Counted from the first letter of the stretch, positions 46,019-59,835 are shown. The stretch is DNA of 64,000 bases from an uncultured Porphyromonadaceae bacterium (GCA_937989585.1 CALKRW010000006.1:2864-66863); one strand, 5' to 3'. Translations and numbers: made by a program. Notes: generated by a model from the letters alone, not told the origin.

Positions 46019-46576
46019 ATGAAGAAGTTAATTTATATTGTCATTCTAATTACCGGCATAATTTCAATCCCCGGCAACTGTATAGCAAAAGGAAATAAAG
46101 AATCAGCTGACGACTACAATATTTTTTCGGATAGCCAGGTCCTTTTATATCAGAGAGAAACAGCAGAGATGGCCTGGTATATATATCTAATATTCAAACC
46201 CTTACAAAAATCTTATGATTTGTATGATTTAATTTTAGGATCTGAGACAGGCACATATGAGCAAAAGGGAGATACATTATACATGACACCTTTATTGGGT
46301 TTTGGCCGTTCTCATGCCAATAATAAATTTGCCATCAAAAAATTGCCAGATACGTTAACGTTGGATCCGGATAATAATTTGAATATACAAAAGACATTCT
46401 TAATTAAGAATAATGGAGTCCAATTGATAGACTTAACAACTTATCACACTGTAGATATAAATCTTGTTCCCAAATCTTTCATATCTTATGATAAATATTT
46501 CATGATAGGATCGGAATTCCCGGAAAAATATTTGAAATATGCTAAAAAACAATTGAAGAATAAAACTGATAAGTAA
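46019..46576 (+). CDS. small lipoprotein, function unknown (intact paralog)
   Basis: Signal peptide plus Cys (IISIPGNC). 185 aa. Shares KGDTLYMTP, NIQK.FL.KN and YFM.GS..P..YLK blocks with the upstream gene. Confidence 0.65.
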   Translation: MKKLIYIVILITGIISIPGNCIAKGNKESADDYNIFSDSQVLLYQRETAEMAWYIYLIFKPLQKSYDLYDLILGSETGTYEQKGDTLYMTPLLGFGRSHANNKFAIKKLPDTLTLDPDNNLNIQKTFLIKNNGVQLIDLTTYHTVDINLVPKSFISYDKYFMIGSEFPEKYLKYAKKQLKNKTDK

Positions 46577-46612
46577 CGATTGGAGTGAATCGACGCTCCA
46601 TTTAGCACTATA

Positions 46613-46651
46613 AAAACTAAGTCGAGACTGCTGCAGCCTCGACTTAGTTTT
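46613..46651. terminator. bidirectional terminator between convergent genes
   Basis: aaaactaagtcgag pairs with ctcgacttagtttt (14-bp stem) with an 11-nt loop. Confidence 0.8.
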
Positions 46652-46685
46652 GTTGCGAATGGGTGATTCGGTATTGGACCGGATG

Positions 46686-46979
46686 TTATTTTGTTGCCAG
46701 TTCTATGCCTTTGGCTACGGAGGCGGACATCATGTCCTCAACGGCCTTTTTGAATTCGGGGTTGTCCAGAAGGGCTTTCTCTTCTTCCTCGGAGAGGCCC
46801 AGGTCATCGCTTTTCTTCTCCATTTCATCTGTGATCTTCTCGATGTCTTCCATAGACTCGGCGTCCTTGATCTGCTCTGTGGCTTCCTTGACGAGATCGA
46901 TGGCCTTTTCTTCCTTGCTTGTGCAAGACACTACCAGCATACCGAGGCCGATGGCCATTACAAGAAATAGTTTTTTCAT
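46686..46979 (-). CDS. small acidic lipoprotein, function unknown
   Basis: Lipobox LVVSC from the ATG at 46979 (MKKLFLVMAIGLGMLVVSC). 97 aa, rich in Glu and Lys. Confidence 0.6.
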   Translation of the reverse strand: MKKLFLVMAIGLGMLVVSCTSKEEKAIDLVKEATEQIKDAESMEDIEKITDEMEKKSDDLGLSEEEEKALLDNPEFKKAVEDMMSASVAKGIELATK

Positions 46980-47194
46980 AATCGTGGATTTTTTGGGATT
47001 TGTAAAATTGTAATTTAGAAATAAGGATGGACAAAGATAGGCCATAAAAACGGATTGTCCAAATTCCGTAGGTAAATTCACGGAAATCCGGAGGGGAATT
47101 CGCGGGCGGTTTTATCGTGGCTCCAAAGTGGCGTAATTCTGATGATACGGCGGAATTTGCATTGAAATTTTTATGTTAAAAAGGTATCGAATTG

Positions 47195-47226
47195 TTTGGT
47201 AGATAGAAAATTAATTGCTAATTTTG
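47195..47226 (+). promoter_or_regulatory. Bacteroidota promoter of the str operon (-33 TTTG at 47195-47198, -7 TAATTTTG at 47219-47226)
   Basis: Both elements are present with a 20-nt spacer, about 145 nt upstream of rpsL. Confidence 0.7.
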
Positions 47227-47372
47227 TGGTCGAATTAAGGGCATCCCGCCCGATATTCCTGCCTAATGGCCGACGGGTCAATAGGTTAGGGGTGTCGACG
47301 GGGTGTGCAAAGTGTGAATCAACAAGTTTAGAATTAGAAATAACAAACAAAAGTCAAACCAACACAACTAAG

Positions 47373-47762
47373 ATGCCTACTATTCAGCAATTAGTAAGAA
47401 AAGGACGTGTTGCTCTGGTCGACAAATCGAAGTCGCCCGCACTCGACTCCTGCCCCCAGCGCCGCGGCGTGTGTGTGCGTGTCTACACCACCACCCCCAA
47501 GAAACCTAACTCCGCCATCCGTAAGGTCGCACGTGTGCGCCTGACCAACGGCAAGGAAGTCAACGCCTATATCCCCGGCGAGGGTCACAACCTGCAGGAG
47601 CACTCGATCGTACTCGTTCGCGGCGGCCGTGTCAAGGACCTTCCCGGCGTACGTTACCACATCGTACGCGGCACTCTCGATACATCGGGTGTCAAGGACC
47701 GCACTCAGCGTCGCTCGAAATACGGAGCCAAACGTCCCAAGGCCGGTGCAGCCAAGAAGTAA
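47373..47762 (+). CDS. rpsL: 30S ribosomal protein S12
   Basis: [12 protein letters not shown]...PKKPNSA.RKV. Start moved from the ORF-track TTG to the ATG at 47373. Confidence 0.98.
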   Translation: MPTIQQLVRKGRVALVDKSKSPALDSCPQRRGVCVRVYTTTPKKPNSAIRKVARVRLTNGKEVNAYIPGEGHNLQEHSIVLVRGGRVKDLPGVRYHIVRGTLDTSGVKDRTQRRSKYGAKRPKAGAAKK

Positions 47763-48042
47763 TCATGTCAGGGAATGACGAGCCGCGCTACACATTATAT
47801 ATAATATACAGGCGCGGCGGGAGTCATACCGGAAGCATGGTGAATTGTAATACTAAACGCACCGCGAGATTAAATCACTCAAACAATTTAACTCGTTTTT
47901 GAAACACTTGTTCGCAGCAACAAAGGTTGAGTAAGCGCAAAACCTAAGGGCCGGAGGGTCCGAAAAACCAATCAACACGGCGCTGAAGACAAAGAAGCAA
48001 GCAACCAAGCAATCAAAAACACATCGAAACACAAAACCACAA

Positions 48043-48519
48043 ATGAGAAAGGCAAAGCCTAAGAAACGGGTCATCCTGCCCGATCCCGTTTTCGCTGACA
48101 CCCGTGTGTCGAAATTCGTCAACCACCTCATGTATGACGGCAAGAAGAACACTTCGTACACCATCTTCTACAATGCCCTCGAGATCGTCAAGAACAAACT
48201 CCCCAACGAGGAGATGACCGCTCTCGAAATCTGGAAAAAGGCACTTGAGAACGTCACACCTCAGGTAGAAGTCAAGTCGCGTCGCGTCGGTGGCGCAACC
48301 TTCCAGGTCCCCACCGAGATCCGTCCCGACCGCAAAGAATCAATCTCCATGAAAAATCTTATCCTCTATGCACGCAAGCGCGGCGGCAAGACCATGGCCG
48401 ACAAGCTCGCTGCTGAAATCGTCGACGCCTTCAATGACCAGGGTGGCGCATTCAAGCGCAAAGAGGACATGCACAAGATGGCCGAAGCCAACCGCGCATT
48501 CGCTCACTTCCGTTTCTGA
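48043..48519 (+). CDS. rpsG: 30S ribosomal protein S7
   Basis: MRKAKPKKR...[16 protein letters not shown]. Confidence 0.98.
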   Translation: MRKAKPKKRVILPDPVFADTRVSKFVNHLMYDGKKNTSYTIFYNALEIVKNKLPNEEMTALEIWKKALENVTPQVEVKSRRVGGATFQVPTEIRPDRKESISMKNLILYARKRGGKTMADKLAAEIVDAFNDQGGAFKRKEDMHKMAEANRAFAHFRF

Positions 48520-48567
48520 TTTTTCCAACCGCAAGATTAGATTCTTACACATAACGCATAACCAACA

Positions 48568-50694
<2,127 letters not shown>

Positions 50695-50741
50695 CGCTTC
50701 ACGGCACCAACATTCATCGAAAAAAAGAAAAAACAAATATC

Positions 50742-51047
50742 ATGAGCCAGAAAATCCGTATCAAACTCAAATCTTACGATCACAACCTCGTGGACAAATC
50801 CGCCGAGAAAATCGTAAAGACGGTCAAGGCAACCGGCGCCGTGATCTCGGGTCCCATACCCCTGCCCACCCACAAGCGCATCTTCACCGTCAACCGCTCG
50901 ACCTTCGTCAACAAGAAATCGCGCGAGCAATTCCAACTCTCGTCGTTCAAACGCCTGATCGACATCTACAACTCGACCGCCAAGACAGTCGACGCGCTGA
51001 TGAAACTCGAACTCCCCTCGGGCGTCGAAGTCGAAATCAAGGTCTGA
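50742..51047 (+). CDS. rpsJ: 30S ribosomal protein S10
   Basis: [20 protein letters not shown]... from the ATG at 50742. Confidence 0.98.
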   Translation: MSQKIRIKLKSYDHNLVDKSAEKIVKTVKATGAVISGPIPLPTHKRIFTVNRSTFVNKKSREQFQLSSFKRLIDIYNSTAKTVDALMKLELPSGVEVEIKV

Positions 51048-51163
51048 CAGACGGCAAGAATACCACACGGGTCACGCGGTTCCGTCCGCATGCCGGGCGG
51101 AACCGCCGCGGACCCCACACCAAAGCAATCCAACCAAACAACAAACCATAAACAAACAAAGAA

Positions 51164-51781
51164 ATGCCAGGATTATTAGGAAAAAAAATCGGAATGACAT
51201 CCGTTTTCAGTGCCGAGGGAAAGAACATTCCATGCACTGTTATCGAAGTAGGTCCTTGCGTGGTTACCCAGGTCAAAACCGTGGAGAAGGACGGCTACAG
51301 CGCCCTTCAGTTAGGTTTCGGCGATGAGAAGGAGAAACATCTGACCCAGCCCGAGATCGGCCACTTCAAGAAAGCCGGCGTAGCCCCCAAGAGATACTTG
51401 GCCGAGTTCAAAGGATTCGAAGACACTTACAAGGCAGGCGACACCATCACGGCTGACTTCTTCACCGAGAGCGACTTCGTGGACGTCGTAGGCGTCAGCA
51501 AGGGCAAAGGCTTCCAGGGCGTAGTGAAACGCCACGGCTTCGGCGGCGTAGGCCAGACCACACACGGCCAGCACAACCGTCTCCGCGCCCCCGGTTCGGT
51601 AGGCGCCTGCTCGTATCCCGCAAAAGTGTTCAAGGGCATGCGCATGGCAGGCCAGATGGGCAACAAACAGGTAACCATCCAGAACCTTCAGGTCATCAAG
51701 GTCATCCCCGAACACAATCTCATCATGCTCAAGGGCTCGATTCCCGGAAGCAAAGGTTCAATCATTTCAATCGAGAAATAA
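51164..51781 (+). CDS. rplC: 50S ribosomal protein L3
   Basis: [15 protein letters not shown]...[13 protein letters not shown]. Confidence 0.98.
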   Translation: MPGLLGKKIGMTSVFSAEGKNIPCTVIEVGPCVVTQVKTVEKDGYSALQLGFGDEKEKHLTQPEIGHFKKAGVAPKRYLAEFKGFEDTYKAGDTITADFFTESDFVDVVGVSKGKGFQGVVKRHGFGGVGQTTHGQHNRLRAPGSVGACSYPAKVFKGMRMAGQMGNKQVTIQNLQVIKVIPEHNLIMLKGSIPGSKGSIISIEK

Positions 51782-51782
51782 C

Positions 51783-52403
51783 ATGGAACTCGCAATATAC
51801 AATCAAGAAGGACAAGACACCGGCCGCAAGGCAACGCTGAGCGACGCCGTCTTCGCTGTCGAGCCCAACGAGCACGCCCTCTACCTCGACGTCAAGCAGT
51901 ACCTGGCCAACCAGCGTCAGGGCACACACAAATCAAAAGAACGTTCCGAAGTGTCCGGCTCAACCCGCAAGCTGCACAAGCAGAAAGGCGGCGGCGGCGC
52001 ACGTATCGGCGACATCAACTCGCCCGTACTCGTAGGCGGCGGCCGTGTTTTCGGTCCCCGTCCCCGCGACTACCGCTTCAAACTGAACAAAAAACTCAAG
52101 CAGCTCGCGCGCCGCTCGGCACTCTCGCTGAAGGCCGCCGAGGGCCAGATCATCGTTGTCGACAAGATCGAGCTCGCCCAGGCCAAGACCAAGGAATTCG
52201 TCAAGGTGACACGCAACCTCAATGTCGCCGACAAGAAGGTCCTCATGGTTTTCCCCGAGAAGAACGAGAGCGTGTACTTGTCGTCGCGCAACGTGCCCAA
52301 CGCCCTGAGCGTTAACGCCGCCGACCTCAACACCTACACCATCCTCAACAACGAGGCCATCGTACTGACCGAAGGCTCGCTCGAAGTAATCAATAATCTC
52401 TAA
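51783..52403 (+). CDS. rplD: 50S ribosomal protein L4
   Basis: Position in the S10 operon, plus [16 protein letters not shown]. Confidence 0.97.
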   Translation: MELAIYNQEGQDTGRKATLSDAVFAVEPNEHALYLDVKQYLANQRQGTHKSKERSEVSGSTRKLHKQKGGGGARIGDINSPVLVGGGRVFGPRPRDYRFKLNKKLKQLARRSALSLKAAEGQIIVVDKIELAQAKTKEFVKVTRNLNVADKKVLMVFPEKNESVYLSSRNVPNALSVNAADLNTYTILNNEAIVLTEGSLEVINNL

Positions 52404-52423
52404 ACCGAAGGAGGAAACAGACT

Positions 52424-52714
52424 ATGGACATAATGATCAAACCCATCATTACCGAAAAGGCCACCCGCCTTACCGAAAGGCTTAACCTTTACACATTCCG
52501 TGTTTCGCCCGAGGCCAACAAATACCAAATCAAAGATCTTGTCGAGAAGACCTACGGCGTCAAGGTCGTCCGCGTGAACACCTGCGTGGTCCGCTCGAAG
52601 AACAAATCGCGCTGGACCAAATCGGGACTCCTCCGCGGCAAGACCGCCCAGTGGAAGAAAGCGATCGTCGCCCTCGACAAAGACCAGACCATTGACTTTT
52701 TCAGCAACATCTAA
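52424..52714 (+). CDS. rplW: 50S ribosomal protein L23
   Basis: Position, plus IIKPIITEKAT and WKKAIV. Confidence 0.97.
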   Translation: MDIMIKPIITEKATRLTERLNLYTFRVSPEANKYQIKDLVEKTYGVKVVRVNTCVVRSKNKSRWTKSGLLRGKTAQWKKAIVALDKDQTIDFFSNI

Positions 52715-52721
52715 ATAAAAA

Positions 52722-53549
<828 letters not shown>

Positions 53550-53573
53550 TCTGATAAAACACTAAACAGCAAT

Positions 53574-53843
53574 ATGAGTCGCTCACTTAAAAAAGGCCCC
53601 TTCATCAGCGTCAAACTCGAGAAGAAAGTCGCTGACATGGACGCTTCAGGCAAAAAATCAGTAATCAAGACCTGGAGCCGCGCTTCGATGATCGCCCCCG
53701 AATTCGTAGGCCACACCTTCGCAGTCCACAACGGCAACAAGTTCATTCCCGTCTACGTGACCGAGAACATGGTAGGCCACAAACTCGGCGAGTTTGCCCC
53801 CACCCGCACATTCCGCGGTCACTCCGGCAACAAGAAGAAATAA
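53574..53843 (+). CDS. rpsS: 30S ribosomal protein S19
   Basis: [10 protein letters not shown]...[15 protein letters not shown]. Confidence 0.98.
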   Translation: MSRSLKKGPFISVKLEKKVADMDASGKKSVIKTWSRASMIAPEFVGHTFAVHNGNKFIPVYVTENMVGHKLGEFAPTRTFRGHSGNKKK

Positions 53844-53892
53844 GCCTCGGGCCCATTAAATTCAATTAACGAACAAAACATTCAAAAATAAA

Positions 53893-54306
53893 ATGGGTGT
53901 AAGAAAAAGATTAGCAGCCGACAAGAAGAAGAAAGCTGCCAAAAGCATCGCTTTTGCCAAACTCACCAACGTCCCCTCTTCGCCGCGCAAAATGCGTCTT
54001 GTCGCCGACATGGTCCGCGGCAAGGAAGTGTTCCGCGCCCTGGGCATCCTGAAATTCTCCAACAAGGAGGCAGCCGCCCGTCTCGAGAAACTTCTCCGCT
54101 CGGCAGTCGCCAACTGGGAAGCCAAGAATGACACCAAGGCCGAGTCCGGCCAAATCTACATCTCGACAATCTACGTCAATCCCGCACCTATGCTGAAACG
54201 TCTGCGCCCCGCACCCCAGGGCCGCGGTTACCGCATCCGCAAGCGCGCCAACCACGTGACCGTAATCGTCGACACTATCGATAACCAGCAAAATCACGAA
54301 GCATAA
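53893..54306 (+). CDS. rplV: 50S ribosomal protein L22
   Basis: Position, plus [14 protein letters not shown]. Confidence 0.97.
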   Translation: MGVRKRLAADKKKKAAKSIAFAKLTNVPSSPRKMRLVADMVRGKEVFRALGILKFSNKEAAARLEKLLRSAVANWEAKNDTKAESGQIYISTIYVNPAPMLKRLRPAPQGRGYRIRKRANHVTVIVDTIDNQQNHEA

Positions 54307-54308
54307 AC

Positions 54309-55046
54309 ATGGGACAGAAAGTAAATCCTATTTCAAACCGTCTCGGCGTCATCCGCGGCTGGGACTCAAACTGGTACGGCGGTAAAAACTACGGCGACAC
54401 TATACTCGAGGACGCCAAACTCCGTCAATACCTCAACGTACGCCTGGCCAAGAGCAGCGTATCGCGCATCGTGATCGAGCGTACACTGAAACTCATCACC
54501 ATCACCGTCTGCACCTCGCGTCCCGGCCTGATCATCGGCAAGGGCGGCTCCGAAGTCGAGAAACTGAAGGAGGAACTCAAGAAGATCACCGACAAGGACG
54601 TGCAGATCAATATCTTCGAGGTCAAGCGTCCCGAGCTCGACGCTGAGATCGTCGCCTCGCAGATAGCCCGTCAGATCGAGGGCAAGATCGCATACCGCCG
54701 TGCCGTCAAGATGGCAGTCGCCGCAACAATGCGCGCCGGCGCCGAAGGCATCAAGGTACAGGTGTCGGGCCGTCTCAACGGCGCCGAAATGGCCCGCAGC
54801 GAGATGTTCAAGGAAGGCCGCACACCCCTGCACACCCTCCGCGCCGACATCGACTACGCACTGGTCGAGGCCCACACCAAGGTCGGCGTCGTAGGCGTAA
54901 AGGTATGGATCATGCGCGGCGAAGTCTACGGCAAACGCGACCTCGCCCCCAACTTCACTCAATCTGCCAAGGAATCGCGCCCCTCGCGCAACGACTCACC
55001 CCGTCGCGGAGGCTTCCGTCGCGGTGCCGGCAAAAACAACCGCTGA
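54309..55046 (+). CDS. rpsC: 30S ribosomal protein S3
   Basis: [13 protein letters not shown]...KH domain...[10 protein letters not shown]. Confidence 0.98.
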   Translation: MGQKVNPISNRLGVIRGWDSNWYGGKNYGDTILEDAKLRQYLNVRLAKSSVSRIVIERTLKLITITVCTSRPGLIIGKGGSEVEKLKEELKKITDKDVQINIFEVKRPELDAEIVASQIARQIEGKIAYRRAVKMAVAATMRAGAEGIKVQVSGRLNGAEMARSEMFKEGRTPLHTLRADIDYALVEAHTKVGVVGVKVWIMRGEVYGKRDLAPNFTQSAKESRPSRNDSPRRGGFRRGAGKNNR

Positions 55047-55101
55047 TCTCAGCACACGAGAACAAACTGAAGCATCAGCCTAACCATTTAAATGACTTAA
55101 A

Positions 55102-55533
55102 ATGTTACAACCCAAGAAAACCAAATTCCGTCGCCAGCAAAAAGGCCGCATGAAAGGCCTCGCCCAGCGCGGCAACCAGCTCGCCTTCGGCTCTTTTGGC
55201 ATAAAGACCCTCGAGTCAAAATGGATCACCGGCCGTCAGATTGAGGCTGCCCGTATCGCCGTAACGCGCTACATGCAGCGTCAGGGCCAGGTCTGGATCC
55301 GCATCTTCCCGGACAAACCCATCACCAAGAAGCCTGCCGAAGTACGTATGGGTAAAGGTAAAGGCTCGCCCGAAGGCTTCGTGGCACCCGTAACTCCCGG
55401 ACGCATCATCATCGAGCTCGAGGGCGTGTCGTACGACATCGCCAAGGAGGCACTCCGCCTCGCAGCCCAGAAACTTCCCGTGACCACAAAATTTGTCGTT
55501 AGCAGAGACTATGACCCCACTCAAAACGTCTAA
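55102..55533 (+). CDS. rplP: 50S ribosomal protein L16
   Basis: [16 protein letters not shown]...[10 protein letters not shown]. Confidence 0.98.
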   Translation: MLQPKKTKFRRQQKGRMKGLAQRGNQLAFGSFGIKTLESKWITGRQIEAARIAVTRYMQRQGQVWIRIFPDKPITKKPAEVRMGKGKGSPEGFVAPVTPGRIIIELEGVSYDIAKEALRLAAQKLPVTTKFVVSRDYDPTQNV

Positions 55534-55539
55534 GCCATC

Positions 55540-55737
55540 ATGAAGAAAGAAGAAATCAAAGAACTCCCCACCGCTGACCTCGAGGAGCGCCTCGCTCAGA
55601 TGGAAAAAGACTACCGTCAGCTCCGCATCAACCACGCAGTAACACCCCTGGACAATCCCGCCAAGATCACTGCCGACCGCCGTGACATCGCCCGCGTGAA
55701 GACCGAACTGCGCGCACGTCAACTCAACAACAAATAA
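55540..55737 (+). CDS. rpmC: 50S ribosomal protein L29
   Basis: Position and size (65 aa). L29 helical hairpin pattern. Confidence 0.95.
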   Translation: MKKEEIKELPTADLEERLAQMEKDYRQLRINHAVTPLDNPAKITADRRDIARVKTELRARQLNNK

Positions 55738-55752
55738 TCCCCGCTCACAACA

Positions 55753-56013
55753 ATGGAAGAAAAAAGAAACCTGCGAAAAGAACGTGTGGGAGTAGTTTCA
55801 AGCAACAAAGGCGACAAGACAATCACCGTCACCGTCAAGTGGAAGGAGAAACACCCCATCTACGGCAAATTCGTGAACAAAACAAAGAAATACCACGCCC
55901 ACGACGAGAAGAACGAGTGCTCCGTAGGCGACACCGTACGCCTGATGGAGACCCGTCCCCTGAGCAAAACCAAACGCTGGCGTCTTGTCGAAATAATCGA
56001 AAAAGTTAAATAA
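55753..56013 (+). CDS. rpsQ: 30S ribosomal protein S17
   Basis: [14 protein letters not shown]...YHAHDE...[18 protein letters not shown]. Confidence 0.97.
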   Translation: MEEKRNLRKERVGVVSSNKGDKTITVTVKWKEKHPIYGKFVNKTKKYHAHDEKNECSVGDTVRLMETRPLSKTKRWRLVEIIEKVK

Positions 56014-56015
56014 CA

Positions 56016-56381
56016 ATGATACAGACAGAATCACGCTTAACCGTAGCCGACAACTCGGGCGCCAAAGAGGCACTGTGCATCCACGTGCTCGGAGGCACCG
56101 GCCGCCGCTACGCATCGGTCGGCGACATCATCGTCGTCACCGTGAAGAACGCCATGCCCGGCTCCGACGTCAAGAAAGGCACCGTGTCGAAGGCAGTCGT
56201 AGTCCGCACCAAGAAGGAAATCCGCCGTGCCGACGGCTCGTACATCCGTTTCGACGACAACGCCTGCGTACTTCTCAACAACGCCGGCGAGCTCCGCGGC
56301 ACACGTATCTTCGGCCCGGTAGCCCGCGAGCTCCGCGCCACCAACATGAAAATCGTCTCCCTCGCTCCCGAGGTACTCTGA
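56016..56381 (+). CDS. rplN: 50S ribosomal protein L14
   Basis: [17 protein letters not shown]. Confidence 0.98.
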   Translation: MIQTESRLTVADNSGAKEALCIHVLGGTGRRYASVGDIIVVTVKNAMPGSDVKKGTVSKAVVVRTKKEIRRADGSYIRFDDNACVLLNNAGELRGTRIFGPVARELRATNMKIVSLAPEVL

Positions 56382-56406
56382 ACCCACCTAAAAACATCCG
56401 ACTACA

Positions 56407-56727
56407 ATGGCAAAAATGTATATCAAAAAAGGTGACACCGTCTACGTCCGCTCGGGCGAAGACCGCGGCAAAACGGGCCGGGTACTCTCAGTCATGCCCG
56501 GCAAGTACCGCGCAATCGTCGAAGGCGTCAATTTCGTCACCAAGGCCACAAAGCCCAGCGCAGCCCACCCGCAGGGCGGCCTCGTAAAGAAAGAAGCTCC
56601 CGTCCACATCTCGAACCTCGCCCTGCTCGACCCCAAGTCCGGCAAGCCCACACGCGTAGGTTTCCACAAGAACGCCGACGGCAAAACAGTTCGTTACGCT
56701 AAAAAATCAGGACAAGATATTAAATAA
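56407..56727 (+). CDS. rplX: 50S ribosomal protein L24
   Basis: [18 protein letters not shown] (KOW motif), plus position. Confidence 0.97.
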   Translation: MAKMYIKKGDTVYVRSGEDRGKTGRVLSVMPGKYRAIVEGVNFVTKATKPSAAHPQGGLVKKEAPVHISNLALLDPKSGKPTRVGFHKNADGKTVRYAKKSGQDIK

Positions 56728-57278
56728 TGAGCACCACAACACTTCAGAAAGAATACAAAGAGCGCATTGTCCCCGCCCTTGAGAAGCAGTTCAACTATAC
56801 AACTGTGATGCAGGTTCCCCGCCTTGAGAAGATTGTCATCAACCAGGGCCTGGGTGCCGCCACCCAGGACAAAAAACTCATCGACACCGCCATAGCCGAA
56901 ATCACGGCCATCTCGGGCCAGAAAGCCGTACAGACCCTGTCGAAGAAGGACATCTCGAACTTCAAGCTGCGCAAGAAGATGCCTGTCGGCGTACGCGTGA
57001 CCCTGCGTCGCGAGCGCATGTACGAGTTCCTCGAGCGCCTGGTACGCGTGGCCTTGCCCCGTATCCGTGACTTCAAGGGCATCGAGTCGAAACTCGACGG
57101 CCGCGGCAACTACACCCTCGGCATCACCGAGCAGATCATCTTCCCCGAGATCAACATCGACAACATCAACAAGCTCCAGGGCATGAACATCACCTTCGTA
57201 ACCTCGGCCAACACCGACGAAGAAGGCTACGCACTGCTCAAGGAGTTCGGCCTCCCCTTTAAAAACGCTAAAAAATAA
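56727..57278 (+). CDS. rplE: 50S ribosomal protein L5
   Basis: Position, plus [10 protein letters not shown]. The start overlaps the rplX stop by 1 nt. Confidence 0.97.
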   Translation: MSTTTLQKEYKERIVPALEKQFNYTTVMQVPRLEKIVINQGLGAATQDKKLIDTAIAEITAISGQKAVQTLSKKDISNFKLRKKMPVGVRVTLRRERMYEFLERLVRVALPRIRDFKGIESKLDGRGNYTLGITEQIIFPEINIDNINKLQGMNITFVTSANTDEEGYALLKEFGLPFKNAKK

Positions 57279-57287
57279 AAACCCGCA

Positions 57288-57593
57288 ATGGCTAAAGAAT
57301 CAATGAAGGCCCGCGAGGTCAAGCGCGCTAAACTCGTCGCAAAATACGCCCAGCGCAAGGCCGACCTCAAGAAAGCCGCCAAAGAACTCGCCCTCAAGGG
57401 CGAGAGCGCATACGAAATCTACCAGGAACTGCAGAAACTGCCCAAGAACGCCTCGTACATCCGTCTGCACAACCGCTGCAAGATCACCGGCCGTCCCAAG
57501 GGCTACATGCGCCAGTTCGGCCTGTCGCGCATCCAGTTCCGCGAGATGGCATCATCGGGCCTGATCCCCGGTGTGAAGAAGGCATCCTGGTGA
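57288..57593 (+). CDS. rpsN: 30S ribosomal protein S14 (long form)
   Basis: 101 aa ending [21 protein letters not shown]. Confidence 0.97.
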   Translation: MAKESMKAREVKRAKLVAKYAQRKADLKKAAKELALKGESAYEIYQELQKLPKNASYIRLHNRCKITGRPKGYMRQFGLSRIQFREMASSGLIPGVKKASW

Positions 57594-57918
57594 CCTGCCG
57601 CCGGCGGCCTCATGGCCGCCACCGGAGCCTCAGGGCCGACGGCCGCGTTCACGCCCATTCCTCTCGGAACCCCGCCGCAGCCCCCGCAGGCACAATAAAC
57701 AGGCACCTGCGCACGTTCTTATCCTCAGGACCCTCTTCCCCCCGGAGCATATCCGGAAAGACATACCCCCGCCGGCCACGTGCCGGCTCGGCCCCCGGGG
57801 CGGCCGCGCGAGCGCGCCGGCTGTTCCTCGACAAGGCCGCGGGACGCCCCGCGTCCCCCCAGTATCCGAGAATTAAATATTGTTGGGCCAACCCAATCAA
57901 TTTAAAACAAAAACAAAA

Positions 57919-58317
57919 ATGACAGATCCCATCGCAGATTATCTCACAAGATTGAGGAACGCCATCAAAGCCAACCACCGCGTGGTTGAGATTCCCGCCT
58001 CAAACTTGAAAAAAGAAATCACCAAGATTCTTTTCGAACAGGGCTACATCCTCAACTACAAGTTCATCGAGGGTGATACCCCCGCCGGCGTCATCAAGAT
58101 CGCCCTCAAGTACGACCCCGTCGACCGTGTCAACGCCATCAAGGACCTCAAGCGCGTGTCGCGTCCGGGTCTCCGCCAGTACACGGGCTACAAGGAAATG
58201 CCCCGCGTGCTCAACGGCCTGGGCATCGCCATCCTCTCGACCTCGAAGGGCGTGATGACCAACAAGAAGGCAGCCGAGGAGAAGATCGGCGGCGAAGTGT
58301 TATGCTACGTATATTAA
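57919..58317 (+). CDS. rpsH: 30S ribosomal protein S8
   Basis: MTDPIADYLTRLRNA from the ATG at 57919. Confidence 0.98.
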   Translation: MTDPIADYLTRLRNAIKANHRVVEIPASNLKKEITKILFEQGYILNYKFIEGDTPAGVIKIALKYDPVDRVNAIKDLKRVSRPGLRQYTGYKEMPRVLNGLGIAILSTSKGVMTNKKAAEEKIGGEVLCYVY

Positions 58318-58344
58318 CAGTCAACCAAGAAAGGAAACACAAAC

Positions 58345-58899
58345 ATGTCACGAATAGGTAAAGCACCCATCGCAATCCCTGCAGGTGTCACCGTCAAGGT
58401 TGATCATGACACCGTCACCGTAAAAGGCCCCAAGGGCGAACTCACCCAGACCATCAACCCCGAGATCAGCGTCAAGGTCGAGGACGGCCACGTCGTCCTG
58501 ACCCGTCCGACCGACGACCGCGAGCACCGCGCCCAGCACGGCCTGTACCGCGCCCTGATCCACAACATGGTCGTAGGCGTTTCCGAAGGCTACCGCAAGG
58601 AAATGGAATTAGTAGGCGTCGGCTACCGCGCCACCGCAACAGGCCAGGTCCTGGAACTGTCGCTCGGTTTCTCGCACGCAATATATATCAAGCTGCCGCC
58701 CGAAGTCAAGGTCGAGGCAAAGAGCGAGCGTAACAAGAACCCCCTGATCATCCTGGAGAGCGACGACAAGCAGCTCCTGGGCCAGGTGTGCGCCAAGATC
58801 CGCTCGCTGCGCAAGCCCGAACCGTACAAGGGCAAGGGCATCAAGTTCGTAGGCGAAGTAATCCGCCGCAAATCAGGCAAGTCCGCCAGCGCGAAATAA
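58345..58899 (+). CDS. rplF: 50S ribosomal protein L6
   Basis: MSRIGKAPIAIPAGV. Confidence 0.98.
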   Translation: MSRIGKAPIAIPAGVTVKVDHDTVTVKGPKGELTQTINPEISVKVEDGHVVLTRPTDDREHRAQHGLYRALIHNMVVGVSEGYRKEMELVGVGYRATATGQVLELSLGFSHAIYIKLPPEVKVEAKSERNKNPLIILESDDKQLLGQVCAKIRSLRKPEPYKGKGIKFVGEVIRRKSGKSASAK

Positions 58900-58922
58900 A
58901 ACCCTCTAAAACGTAAACAACA

Positions 58923-59264
58923 ATGGTAACTAAGATATCACGTCGTAATAAAATCAAAACCCGCATCCGCGGCAAAATCTCAGGAACCGCCGAACGTCCC
59001 CGCATGAGTGTTTTCCGCTCGAACAAGCAGATCTACGTGCAGATTATCGACGACCTGGCAGGCCGCACCCTCGTGTCGGCATCATCGAAGGGCCTGAGCG
59101 AGGGCACCAAGAGCGAGATCGCCGCACAGGTCGGCGCCGCCGTAGCCAAGAAAGCCCTCGAGGCCGGCATCAACACCGTAGTCTTCGACCGTAACGGATA
59201 CCTTTTCCACGGTCGCGTAAAATCACTGGCCGACGCAGCGCGCGAAGGCGGATTAAAATTCTAA
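58923..59264 (+). CDS. rplR: 50S ribosomal protein L18
   Basis: Position, plus [16 protein letters not shown] and [21 protein letters not shown]. Confidence 0.97.
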   Translation: MVTKISRRNKIKTRIRGKISGTAERPRMSVFRSNKQIYVQIIDDLAGRTLVSASSKGLSEGTKSEIAAQVGAAVAKKALEAGINTVVFDRNGYLFHGRVKSLADAAREGGLKF

Positions 59265-59276
59265 GCATACACAACA

Positions 59277-59795
59277 ATGGCAAAAAGAAATAACAGAGTA
59301 AAATCGACCAACGACATCGAACTCAAGGACCGTCTCGTGGCCATCAACCGCGTCACCAAAGTAACCAAGGGCGGCCGTACATTCACCTTCGCCGCCATCG
59401 TTGTCGTAGGCAACGAGAACGGTATCGTAGGCTGGGGCCTGGGCAAGGCCAACGAGGTCCAGGCCGCGATCGCCAAGGGCGTCGAGGCCGCAAAGAAGAA
59501 CCTCATCAAGGTTCCCGTGCACAACGGCACCATCCCCCACGAGCAGGCAGCCAAGTTCGGCGGCTCGCGCATCATCCTGAAACCCGCCTCGACCGGTACC
59601 GGCGTGAAGGCCGGCGGCGCCATGCGCGCCGTCCTCGAGTCCGTGGGCATCAGCGACGTGCTCGCCAAGTCGAAGGGTTCGTCCAACCCCCACAACCTGG
59701 TTAAGGCAACACTCGCCGCCCTCGACGAAATGCGCTCGCCCGCAATGGTCGCCCAGAACCGCGGCATCTCAGTAGAACAGGTCTTCAAAGGCTGA
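59277..59795 (+). CDS. rpsE: 30S ribosomal protein S5
   Basis: [18 protein letters not shown]...[13 protein letters not shown]. Confidence 0.98.
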   Translation: MAKRNNRVKSTNDIELKDRLVAINRVTKVTKGGRTFTFAAIVVVGNENGIVGWGLGKANEVQAAIAKGVEAAKKNLIKVPVHNGTIPHEQAAKFGGSRIILKPASTGTGVKAGGAMRAVLESVGISDVLAKSKGSSNPHNLVKATLAALDEMRSPAMVAQNRGISVEQVFKG

Positions 59796-59835
59796 TCGTA
59801 TAACAAGTCCTTAAAGACATTAAAACTCCGCAAAC

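Noticed and set aside
47196-47372. N-terminal 59-codon extension of rpsL in the ORF track (TTG start)
   Set aside because: The extension contains the promoter (47195-47226). Canonical S12 begins at MPTIQQL, encoded from 47373.
57590-57922. 110-aa Arg/Pro/Ala-rich ORF that exactly fills the rpsN-rpsH gap, with an equally long antisense ORF at 57649-57978
   Set aside because: Open frames on both strands are expected at this GC content because stop codons are AT-rich. The translation is low-complexity, has a GTG start, and resembles no known family.
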